Source of the DNA: Planctomycetota bacterium
Lineage (GTDB): Bacteria; Planctomycetota; SZUA-567; H5-PLA8
Assembly: GCA_038227875.1 (NCBI GenBank)
Contig: JBBRPR010000009.1
Span: 64,001-128,000 of the forward strand
DNA: 64,000 nucleotides
Reading direction: 5' to 3'
Positions 1 through 8,301 of the stretch are shown here, piece by piece (positions within the stretch are counted from its first letter, which is position 1; the number at the start of each line of letters is the position of its first letter). A model generated the notes under the pieces. It searched no databases and was not told the origin of the DNA. It saw only the letters and a list, made by a program, of their open reading frames with translations. Position numbers and translations under genes: made by a program.

Positions 1-1
1 A

Positions 2-583
2 CTCACGCGCCAATTGAATATGCCGGTGCTGCGGCGGCACTCGGGCGGCGGCGCGGTGGTAATCGGTCCGGGGGCGATCAACTTCTCCGCGTTCTACCGT
101 TTCAGTACGCTGCCGGGCTCGGAGACCATCCGCGGCGCGATGTCCGCGGCGCTTTCGCCAGTCGTGAGCGCTCTGGCGCGGAACGGCATTCAGGCCAGGG
201 AAGCTGGGTTGTCGGATCTGGCAGTGCTGGGAACCGACGGGACGCTGCGCAAGATCGCGGGCAATTCGCAGGCACGCAAGAAACGCGGCGTCACGGTTCA
301 TGGCACGCTGCTGGCCGATCCGGATTTTCCACTGATCCAGCGCGTGCTGAATTTCCCCTCGTCGGTGCCCGACTACCGATCCGGCCGCGATCACCGCTCG
401 TTCCTGACCAGTCTACGCGAACTGAACGCGCCGTTCGATTTGGAATCGTTCACGAAGGCGTTGCTCGCCGTCCTGCCTGCGGATATTTTGGTGGCGACGG
501 AACCGAGTTCCGACGAGCAGGCCCGCGCGGCGCGGCTGCTTGACGAAAAGTACGGCACGCCGGCGTGGAACCTGCGACGATAG
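2..583 (+). CDS. Lipoate-protein ligase A family protein (5' end outside window)
   Basis: RRHSGGGAV motif, KIAGNSQ, HGTLL; frame is open back to the window edge. Confidence 0.85.
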   Translation, partial: LTRQLNMPVLRRHSGGGAVVIGPGAINFSAFYRFSTLPGSETIRGAMSAALSPVVSALARNGIQAREAGLSDLAVLGTDGTLRKIAGNSQARKKRGVTVHGTLLADPDFPLIQRVLNFPSSVPDYRSGRDHRSFLTSLRELNAPFDLESFTKALLAVLPADILVATEPSSDEQARAARLLDEKYGTPAWNLRR

Positions 584-584
584 C

Positions 585-1367
585 ATGAAACGCCCACTGA
601 AAACGCTCGTTCTTTCCGACCTGCATCTCGGTCGCGTCACCACGTACGCTCATGCGCCGGAAGTGATTGCGCCGCTGGTTGAAGGCGTCGATCGTGTGCT
701 GCTGCTCGGCGACATCATCGATCATTGGTACACGAATCGGAATCAGGTCGCCGATCTTGAAGCGCGTATCCACACCGTCTGCAAGGCCGGCGGCGCGCGC
801 GAAGTTATTTACTTCCGCGGCAACCACGATGCCGGCTGCGAGTCGGGCGAGGAATTCAAAGTCTTCGACGGCATGCTCTACCTCCACGGCCACGCCGTTT
901 ACAATAAGCTCAATGGGGACGGCTGCCCGACGACGCGCATCAAAGCGCTGAACCAGCGCAAGTACGGCTCGCACCTCACGGCCTCGCGGCTCGATAAGCG
1001 GGTCTGGACGGTGATCGACCGCATCTACGGCACGATCCCGATGGCGATGATCAGTCCAATCGCGTGGCCGCTACCGGTGCTGTGGCGCATCCGCACGCTG
1101 GTTGACGAAGTTGCACCCAACGGCGGCATTCACGGTGTGGTGCTTGGCCACTCACACCGGCCCGGCGTGCGCAAACATAAGAACCTCACGCTCTTCAATC
1201 TCGGCGGCTGGATGAAAAACACCCGCGCCTGCGCGTTCGTGCGCGAAGGCGAGCACATCCAGCTGATTCACATCGATAACCGCCGCAGTCAGTTGCGTCT
1301 CGGCAAAGTCCTGTTCGAGGGCGGACTCAACGAGAACGGCATGGCTGTAAAACCCAAAAGCCGTTAG
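585..1367 (+). CDS. Calcineurin-like metallophosphoesterase (LpxH-like)
   Basis: SDLHLG, LLGDIID, RGNHD, LHGH, GHSH motifs; ATG at 585 just after the upstream stop. Confidence 0.85.
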   Translation: MKRPLKTLVLSDLHLGRVTTYAHAPEVIAPLVEGVDRVLLLGDIIDHWYTNRNQVADLEARIHTVCKAGGAREVIYFRGNHDAGCESGEEFKVFDGMLYLHGHAVYNKLNGDGCPTTRIKALNQRKYGSHLTASRLDKRVWTVIDRIYGTIPMAMISPIAWPLPVLWRIRTLVDEVAPNGGIHGVVLGHSHRPGVRKHKNLTLFNLGGWMKNTRACAFVREGEHIQLIHIDNRRSQLRLGKVLFEGGLNENGMAVKPKSR

Positions 1368-1376
1368 AAACGTATT

Positions 1377-2198
1377 ATGCCCACGCCGCTTCCTGCCAGT
1401 CCGCAATTGACTCTGATCGGTGAGCGCATCAACACGCACCGCGAGAGCCTTCGTGTCAAAGTATTCGAACGCGACACGGCGGCGGTGCTCGAGGAGATGC
1501 GCAAGCAGCAGCGCGTCAATGTCACGCACCTGGACGTGAACGCGGGCGGCAGTCCGAGCAAGGAGAGCGACGACCTGCTCTGGATTCTGGAATCGATCCT
1601 GCCCGAGCTCGACGCGAAAACGGGGCTCGTGCTCGACTCCACCTCGGCCGAATGCCTTTCTCGCGCGCTCTTCCGGATCCAAGGTCGCCCCGGAACGATC
1701 ATCAATGCAATTACCAATGACGCCGACAAGTTGAAAGCGATCCTGCCGCTGGTTCAGCAGCATCGCACCAGCGTCGTGGCGCTCTGCGGCAGCGCCAAGG
1801 CCTCACCGCGGACGATGGAAGAACGCCTCAGCGCCGCCGAGCAACTCCACAGCGCGCTGAGCCTCGGTGGCATCGCCGATGAGCAGATTTACTTCGACCC
1901 TTTGATTCTTCCCTTGGCGCATGATCCGCAGCAGCCCTCGGCAGTGCTTGCGACCGTGCGCGAACTGCGCCGCCGCTGGCCCCGCGCGCACACGCTGGTG
2001 GGCGTGTCGAACATTTCGTTCAACATGCCCAAACGCTCGCTGCTCAACCGCACGTTCCTGGCGATGTTGCTGGCGAGCGGCGTCGACTCCGTGCTCTTCG
2101 ATCCCTGCGACGCGGAATCCGCCAGCACTCTGATCGCCGCCCGCGCGCTCCTCGGCCAGGATGACTTCCTGACCGACTACCTCTCACACGCGACGTGA
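1377..2198 (+). CDS. Pterin-binding domain protein (methyltetrahydrofolate methyltransferase AcsE / MetH pterin domain-like)
   Basis: IGERIN, LDVNAG, LVLDS, IINAI, YFDPL, VGVSNISFNMPKRSLLNRTFL motifs. Confidence 0.85.
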   Translation: MPTPLPASPQLTLIGERINTHRESLRVKVFERDTAAVLEEMRKQQRVNVTHLDVNAGGSPSKESDDLLWILESILPELDAKTGLVLDSTSAECLSRALFRIQGRPGTIINAITNDADKLKAILPLVQQHRTSVVALCGSAKASPRTMEERLSAAEQLHSALSLGGIADEQIYFDPLILPLAHDPQQPSAVLATVRELRRRWPRAHTLVGVSNISFNMPKRSLLNRTFLAMLLASGVDSVLFDPCDAESASTLIAARALLGQDDFLTDYLSHAT

Positions 2199-2207
2199 TG
2201 CTTTTTA

Positions 2208-2233
2208 ACCATGTGACCAATTGGTCCTAAGGT
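2208..2233. repeat. Imperfect inverted repeat between convergent genes
   Basis: accatgtgac-caattg-gtcctaaggt with a perfect core gaccaattggtc. Confidence 0.5.
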
Positions 2234-2235
2234 CC

Positions 2236-3795
2236 CTACATCTTGCCCGCTAATTCCAGCGCCTTGTCGATGCGGCGCAAGCTTTCCTGCTGGCCGAGGA
2301 CATGCAGCGTGTCGTGAATGGGCGGACTCACGGTCGTGCCACTCAGCGCGACGCGGATGGGCTGGGCGATGATGCCGAGCTTCAACTGCCGCTGCTCGGC
2401 GAAGCCCTTGACCAGGCCGTCGAGCGCCGGGCCGGACCACTCTTCGATCTTGGCGAGTTGGTCGCGGACTTCCTTGAGCAGCGCCAGGCCATCGTTCTTT
2501 TTGAGAACCTTTTCGACGGCCTTGGGGTCGAGCGCCTCGGGTGCTTTGAAAAACAGCGCGACGTTCTCGGCCAGTTGCTTCAGCGTCTTGGAGCGTTCCT
2601 GTTCCATGCCGATCACGTCCATCAGCCAGCCGCGGGAATGCTGGGTCAGGTCGTAGTCCTTCTTCTGCAGAAACGGCGTCGCGCGTTTCAGCAGTTCTTC
2701 GCGCGAGAGCTTCTTCAGGTACTCGCCGTTGATCCATTCGAGCTTCGAGCCGACCATGCACTCGGACAGCCATTCGACGATCTGACTCTCAACTTCAGGA
2801 TCGGTTGTCGCGCCGCCCGCTGAAACCGGCGGCGGTCGCTTGCGCGAGAGCGTAAATTGCGCCGCAGCACTCTTGATGCGCTCGAAGGAGAATTCGCGGA
2901 TGATCTCGTCGAGCGGCATGATTTCGCGGCCGTCGCCCGGCGACCAGCCCAGCAGCGCTTCAAAATTGATCAACGCCTCGGGGAGAATGCCGCACGCCTG
3001 GTAAAGCGTGATCGCGACCGGATCGCGGCGCTTGCTGATCTTCTTTCCTTCTTCGTTGAAGATCATCGGCAAGTGCGCGAAGACGGGAATCTTCTGATCC
3101 CACGCTTCGTAGATGAAGATCTGGCGGAACGTGTTTTCGACATGGTCGTCGCCGCGAATGACGTGACTGATCTTCATGTCGACGTCGTCGACCACACAGG
3201 CGAAGTTGTAGACCGGCATGCCGTTGCTGCGCAGGATGACGAAATCGCGCGTTGAGCCGTCTTCTTCCTGATAAGTTTCCGCCGGCTTCGATAGATCGCC
3301 TTTCACCGCGTCGTGAAACGTGATCTCTTTACGCTCTTTGAGATTCACTTTTAAATACAGTGCGGGATTGGGATCCTGAGCGGCCTGCGCCTTCTCGTCA
3401 TCCCACTTGCCTTGTTTCTTGAGCTTCTCGATTTTCCAATCGGGCAGGGGGCCACCGGCATCCTTTTTGGCCCAATACGCCTTGCCGGATTTCTCCAACT
3501 CCGCGGCGACCTGCTTGTAGCGGTCCATGCGCTGGCTCTGATAGTAAGGCGCGTAGGGTCCGCCAATATCCGGGCCTTCGTCCCAGTTCATGCCGGACCA
3601 CTTCATCCCGTCCATGATGATCTGGGTGCCTTCTTCCTTATTGCGCTGAATGTCGGTGTCCTCAATGCGCAGAATGAATTTGCCCTGCGTTTTGCGCGCG
3701 TAGAGCCAGTTGAACAGAGCGGTGCGGACGCCGCCGACGTGGAGGTAGCCGGTCGGACTGGGCGCGAAACGGACGCGGACGGATGAATTGCTCAT
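2236..3795 (-). CDS. gltX: Glutamate--tRNA ligase
   Basis: RVRFAPSPTGYLHVGG (HIGH), LRIEDTD, HVIRGDDH, KISKR (KMSKS), C-terminal anticodon-binding domain. Confidence 0.97.
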   Translation of the reverse strand: MSNSSVRVRFAPSPTGYLHVGGVRTALFNWLYARKTQGKFILRIEDTDIQRNKEEGTQIIMDGMKWSGMNWDEGPDIGGPYAPYYQSQRMDRYKQVAAELEKSGKAYWAKKDAGGPLPDWKIEKLKKQGKWDDEKAQAAQDPNPALYLKVNLKERKEITFHDAVKGDLSKPAETYQEEDGSTRDFVILRSNGMPVYNFACVVDDVDMKISHVIRGDDHVENTFRQIFIYEAWDQKIPVFAHLPMIFNEEGKKISKRRDPVAITLYQACGILPEALINFEALLGWSPGDGREIMPLDEIIREFSFERIKSAAAQFTLSRKRPPPVSAGGATTDPEVESQIVEWLSECMVGSKLEWINGEYLKKLSREELLKRATPFLQKKDYDLTQHSRGWLMDVIGMEQERSKTLKQLAENVALFFKAPEALDPKAVEKVLKKNDGLALLKEVRDQLAKIEEWSGPALDGLVKGFAEQRQLKLGIIAQPIRVALSGTTVSPPIHDTLHVLGQQESLRRIDKALELAGKM

Positions 3796-3860
3796 GTTGA
3801 GTTAAAGCTCGACTTGTGGCCGAAGCTTAATTTCCTTTCTAGTGTGAAATGTTCAAAGAA

Positions 3861-3962
3861 CATTTTCCATTTTCGGAAGCGGAGTGCAATGTCAGTCCGA
3901 AGAACACGACTTCAGCGCCTGCGCAATTGAAAATCGAAAATCACCAATCGAAATTGGAAAAT
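3861..3962. repeat. Degenerate heptamer arrays in inverted orientation
   Basis: cattttc x2 (3861-3874); aattgaa-aatcgaa-aatcacc-aatcgaa-attggaa (3925-3959). Confidence 0.5.
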
Positions 3963-3972
3963 ATCCGTTCCA

Positions 3973-4830
3973 TTACGTGGCATGCTGATTCCCGCGCTTC
4001 GCTTTCACCCAGCCTGCCCAGTGTAGTTTGTCGCGAATGATTTCGTAGCGGCCTTTCTTGCCGATGGTAACGAGATTGAATTCGTGCGGCGCGCGGGCGA
4101 TGCGCACTGACATGCCGCTCTTCAACGCGACGCTGGTCTGGCCGTCCATCACGAGCTGAATCGGCGCGCCGTTGCGTGATTCGGCGGCAATGGTCAGGTG
4201 TTCGTCGCCGGCCAGCACGATTGGGCGGTTGGCCAGCGTGTGCGGGCAGACAGGCGTCACGATCATTGCCTTCAACCGTTCGCTTAAGATCGGCCCGCCA
4301 GCGGAAAGGCTGTACCCTGTCGATCCCGTCGCGGTGGAGACGATCAGTCCGTCGCCCTTGTACTGCGCCACTTCTTCGCCGGAGACCGTGACGCGCACGC
4401 CGATCGTGGAGGACATGGGCTGGCGGAGAATCACGGCGTCGTTGAGGGCCGTGAAGCGCTCGGGTTTGCGCGAGGGAACATCGACCTGGAGCATCATGCG
4501 TGGCGAGAGCACGCAGTCGCCGCCCAGCACGCACGGCAGCGTGTTCTTGAGATCTTCCGGCGCGGTTTCCGCGAGGAAGCCGAGTTGACCCATGTTCACG
4601 CCGAATACCGGCACGGGATTGCCGTGCAGCCGCCGCGCGACGGACAGGATGCTGCCGTCGCCGCCGAAGACGAGCACCAGGTCGGCGCGGATATCGGTGA
4701 GATCGGTCGTGTCATCCTTGACAATCTTGACGACCGTCGCGATTTTGCGCAGCCACGGCAGCAGGCGATTGAGAATCGCCACGACGCCAGGCTTTCGCTT
4801 CGGATTTGCCACTACGTAAATGCGGGCCAT
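3973..4830 (-). CDS. nadK: NAD(+) kinase
   Basis: GGDGS, GVNMGQLGFL, ALND, GDGLIVSTATGSTGYSLSAGGP; probable start MARIYVVAN. Confidence 0.95.
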   Translation of the reverse strand: MARIYVVANPKRKPGVVAILNRLLPWLRKIATVVKIVKDDTTDLTDIRADLVLVFGGDGSILSVARRLHGNPVPVFGVNMGQLGFLAETAPEDLKNTLPCVLGGDCVLSPRMMLQVDVPSRKPERFTALNDAVILRQPMSSTIGVRVTVSGEEVAQYKGDGLIVSTATGSTGYSLSAGGPILSERLKAMIVTPVCPHTLANRPIVLAGDEHLTIAAESRNGAPIQLVMDGQTSVALKSGMSVRIARAPHEFNLVTIGKKGRYEIIRDKLHWAGWVKAKRGNQHAT

Positions 4831-4939
4831 TGTGAGAATCAAAAATACCACAGCTGGAGCCAAAATGCCAACGGAACGGGGCTGCGCAGCGGCTGGCAGT
4901 GATTACAATCAGGGAATTCACGGCTTGGAGAATTGGGAC

Positions 4940-5422
4940 ATGACCGACACGCCTCCGCAGCAAAGCTGGATCGCGCGCAACCCACTGAAATTTGTGATTG
5001 GATGTGTGGGAGCCTTGGTTGTGGTTACGATGTCGTTATCGATTGGCATCATTTGTTTTGTACTTTACGTCATGAAGGCCAGTGATGCGTTTCAACTTTC
5101 CTTGAAGCAGGTCCAGGCGGACAGTCGAGTGCAGGCCGAGTTGGGCGCCCCGATCAAAGACGGCTGGTATGTGTTGGGCAATATCAATACAGGTGGCGAC
5201 GGTGGCAATGCGAATATTTATTATCCCATTTCCGGATCAAAAGGTTCTGGCACCGTTCAGGTTCAGGCGACTAAAAATATGGGAACATGGAGTTTTCAAA
5301 AATTGGTTGTGACGGTGGACGGCCAGAAAACTGTCGTAACGTTGATTCCAGCTGGAAGCACGACCGGACCCGACAAACTCACGCCGGAAAAGCCAACTGA
5401 GACTGACGGTGAGAATCCGTGA
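4940..5422 (+). CDS. Coa1-family-like membrane-anchored protein
   Basis: N-terminal TM helix, then SDAFQ...VQAELGAPIKDGW...GNIN...PISGSKGSG pattern. Confidence 0.65.
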   Translation: MTDTPPQQSWIARNPLKFVIGCVGALVVVTMSLSIGIICFVLYVMKASDAFQLSLKQVQADSRVQAELGAPIKDGWYVLGNINTGGDGGNANIYYPISGSKGSGTVQVQATKNMGTWSFQKLVVTVDGQKTVVTLIPAGSTTGPDKLTPEKPTETDGENP

Positions 5423-5448
5423 CAGCGGCGCTGTCCAAATGACACGGC

Positions 5449-6021
5449 CTACTTCGTCTCTTCAAAATTCGCAACGGGTTCATTCTTCGCCGGATCGCCA
5501 CGCGAGAACAGGTCGTAGCCTTTCGAATTGCGCGGCTTGCCGTCCGTTCGGATGTCGTCGGCGCCGTAGGAGGTGAAGCCATTCGGCGTGGATTTGTCGT
5601 CGCGGATATTGTCGTATTGAATGGGATTGCCCCAAGCATCGACGATCGCGACGCTTCCGGTGGGCATCGTGACTAGCTTGTGTGGAGCGAGGTCGAGGTA
5701 AGGTCCCGTATCTTTTGTGGCCCAAATCTCGCCTTTCGTCGGCAATTTCCGAAAACTCATTGTGAGGTAATATTTAAGCGCGCTGGAACTTTTTTGCCCC
5801 GCTGGTCCCACGTCTGGCGGGTATTCACCCCAATCGAACTCGTAAGCGTCACAGGCAATTTCGATATCTTTTAGAAGAGCATAGGATGCGGAGATTCTAT
5901 GGCTATGCTTGCCGACTATAAGGCGCCAGAGTTCTATACTACAGGCAAGAAGAACGCCGGCCGCCAGGGTCAGCAGAATCAGTCCTCGCAGAGAGAGTTG
6001 GAATGGCCGCGTCGTCGGCAT
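5449..6021 (-). CDS. Type II secretion GspG C-terminal-like domain protein
   Basis: N-terminal FQLSLRGLILL TM segment; ACDAYEFDWGEYPP, DAWGNPIQY, YDLFSRG motifs. Confidence 0.65.
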   Translation of the reverse strand: MPTTRPFQLSLRGLILLTLAAGVLLACSIELWRLIVGKHSHRISASYALLKDIEIACDAYEFDWGEYPPDVGPAGQKSSSALKYYLTMSFRKLPTKGEIWATKDTGPYLDLAPHKLVTMPTGSVAIVDAWGNPIQYDNIRDDKSTPNGFTSYGADDIRTDGKPRNSKGYDLFSRGDPAKNEPVANFEETK

Positions 6022-6056
6022 ATCGTTCTATGCCCTTTCTCGTTGACATCGACTTG

Positions 6057-6515
6057 CTACAACGTCGTCCACATTTCCCACGACCGTTCGTAACCCAGCT
6101 TTTTATAAACGCCGCGTCCCATTTTCGATGCATGCAGCGACACTCTCGGGTAACCGCGCTCCTTGCACCAGGCGTGAGCGGCCTTCACGATCCGCGTCGC
6201 GATGCCGCGGCCGCGGAATTTGTGCTCGGTGAACATGGAGAGCAAGTATGGCACTTCCACGCGCTTCAGGCCGGGCTTCGGTTGGCGATCTTGAAGCCAG
6301 ACGCAGCCGCTGGCGACGGGCTTGCCATTCACTTCCGCGATGAACCCCGCGAACTCGCCGCGCCGCATGCGCACGCGCGCCCAGCGTTGGTAAACGCGAT
6401 CGTGGGCGTCGAGATCCTTGTCGTTCGTCGTACCCAGGTCCAGATACATGCCGCGCCGGTGTTGCGCGAGCAAGGGCAGATCGCGCACGGTCGCGAGTCG
6501 GATGCGGATCTTCAT
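6057..6515 (-). CDS. GNAT family N-acetyltransferase
   Basis: FRGRGIA acetyl-CoA motif; LHAS..GRGVYKKLGY. Confidence 0.9.
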   Translation of the reverse strand: MKIRIRLATVRDLPLLAQHRRGMYLDLGTTNDKDLDAHDRVYQRWARVRMRRGEFAGFIAEVNGKPVASGCVWLQDRQPKPGLKRVEVPYLLSMFTEHKFRGRGIATRIVKAAHAWCKERGYPRVSLHASKMGRGVYKKLGYERSWEMWTTL

Positions 6516-8179
6516 CGCTTCTTGCGCTTCTCGAAGTACGCGGTGATCTCGGCGAGCGTCAGGCAGTTGAGCACGCGGTTGGCCGGCACGCCGCCTTTGC
6601 GCGCGACGTTGACGCCGTACTTGACCAGATCGATTTCCGCGATGTCGTGCGCGTCTGGATTAATGCTGAGCATGCACCCCAGCTCCAGCGCGCGCTGATG
6701 CCAGCGCCAGTCGACGTCCAGGCGTGCGGTATGCGCGTTGATCTCCACGGCGACGCCGTGTTCGGCGCAGGCTTTCAAAATGGCGTCGATATCGAGCTCG
6801 TAGCCTTCGCGGCGCAGCAAAAGGCGGCCGGTCATGTGGCCGAGTATGGTGGTGCGCGGATTTTTGACGGCATTGATCAGGCGCTGCGTCTGACCTTCCT
6901 TGTTCAGCGTAAAGCGGCTGTGGATGCTGGCCACGATGAAGTCGAAGTGCATCAGAAAATCGTCGGCGTAATCGAGCTCGCCGTGCTCCAGAATGTCGGA
7001 CTCGATGCCCTTGAAGATGTGGAATTTCTTCTTGTCGTAACCCGCATTGAGTTCGTCGGTCATCTTCTGTTGTTCGAGAACGCGGTCTTCCTTCAAGCCG
7101 CGCGCGTATGCGGCGCTCTTGGAATGATCGGCGACGCCGTAGTATTCGTAGCCGCGCTTGCGCACGGCTTCGGCCATGTCGTGGAGGCTGCGCGTGCCGT
7201 CGGAGAAGACGGTATGGCTGTGAAGGATGCCGCGCAGATCGGTGAGCTCGACGAGCTTGGGCAGCGCCTTCTTTTCAGCGAGCTCGATTTCGCCGCGGCC
7301 TTCGCGGAGTTCGGGCGGAATTACCGGGAGCTTCAGCGCGGAGTAGACTTCAGCTTCGGTGGGGCAGGGGAGTTCAGTATCGCCCTTGAACAGTCCGCGC
7401 GGCGAGAGCAGCAGGCCCAGCTTTGAAGCGCGTGCGGCGAGCGCTTCGACGTGGGCGTCGGAGCCGGTGGCGTAAAGCAGCGTGACGCCGAAACGTTCCG
7501 GCGCGGAGACGCGCAGCGCGACGTCGGGCGGCAGGTCGTGAGTGGGCGGCGCCCCTTTGACACTCGCGGCAAGCACCAACTTCGTAACGACTTCGCAGCC
7601 GCGGCGGACATCGCCGGCGATCTCGACGGCCTCGTACGCGTCCGCTTCGCCCGATTCGCGTAGCAGGTCCTGCGCGTCGACCACGCGTGCTTCCGCGGCG
7701 TCGGCCAGCAGCGCGCCGGCGCTCTTGGTCCGCATCTCGAGGCCTTTGATGATCTTGGCTTCGAGCGCTTTGCCCAGGCCCTTGCACGCTGCGACCTGAC
7801 CGGACTTGCAGGCGGAAGCGAGTTCGTCGAGGGTGGTAATGCCCAGTGTCTTCCAGACGATCTCGATTTTCTTCACGCCCAGACCGGGAATTTCGAACAT
7901 CTCCAGCAAACCGGCCGGGTATTGTTCGCGTAGAAATTCGAGCGTGGGGTGCGATCCGGTTTTGTGCAGGCGGATGATTTTCTCGGCAATCGCTTCGCCG
8001 ACGCCGGGGATCGTTTTGATTTTGCCTTTGGCGATGAGGTAAGCCAGATCACCGGAGTGCGCGGCCAGATTTTCAGCAGCCGTGTAATACGCGCGCGCCT
8101 TGAACGTCTCTCCGGAGAGTTCCGTGCGCTTCCCGATTTCATTGAGCAGAACGGCGACGTCGTGCGCGTTGAGAGCCAT
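6512..8179 (-). CDS. polX: DNA polymerase X family / PHP domain protein (non-canonical polymerase site)
   Basis: FKARAY, HhH motifs (IPGVG, IPGLG), IPPELRE, PHP motifs HSHT, DHS, GIESD, GH, NPDAH. Confidence 0.9.
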   Translation of the reverse strand: MALNAHDVAVLLNEIGKRTELSGETFKARAYYTAAENLAAHSGDLAYLIAKGKIKTIPGVGEAIAEKIIRLHKTGSHPTLEFLREQYPAGLLEMFEIPGLGVKKIEIVWKTLGITTLDELASACKSGQVAACKGLGKALEAKIIKGLEMRTKSAGALLADAAEARVVDAQDLLRESGEADAYEAVEIAGDVRRGCEVVTKLVLAASVKGAPPTHDLPPDVALRVSAPERFGVTLLYATGSDAHVEALAARASKLGLLLSPRGLFKGDTELPCPTEAEVYSALKLPVIPPELREGRGEIELAEKKALPKLVELTDLRGILHSHTVFSDGTRSLHDMAEAVRKRGYEYYGVADHSKSAAYARGLKEDRVLEQQKMTDELNAGYDKKKFHIFKGIESDILEHGELDYADDFLMHFDFIVASIHSRFTLNKEGQTQRLINAVKNPRTTILGHMTGRLLLRREGYELDIDAILKACAEHGVAVEINAHTARLDVDWRWHQRALELGCMLSINPDAHDIAEIDLVKYGVNVARKGGVPANRVLNCLTLAEITAYFEKRKKR

Positions 8180-8193
8180 GAGTCCTCACAGAA

Positions 8194-8294
8194 AGTTTTG
8201 AGTTTTGAGTTTTGAGTTTTTAGTTTTGAGTTGCGTTGCGTAATGCCATGCCGAGTTTGTTCAACTCAAAACTCAAACCTGAAAACTCATAACT
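8194..8294. repeat. Inverted pair of AGTTTTG heptamer arrays
   Basis: (agttttg)x5 at 8194-8228; (aactcaa)-like x4 at 8263-8290; about 30-nt loop. Confidence 0.9.
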
Positions 8295-8301
8295 GCCTCA
8301 C

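Noticed and set aside
1377..2198. Dihydropteroate synthase folP
   Set aside because: Motifs (IGERIN, GVSNISF) match the MetH/AcsE pterin-binding branch rather than FolP (NxTPDSFSDG, SRK).
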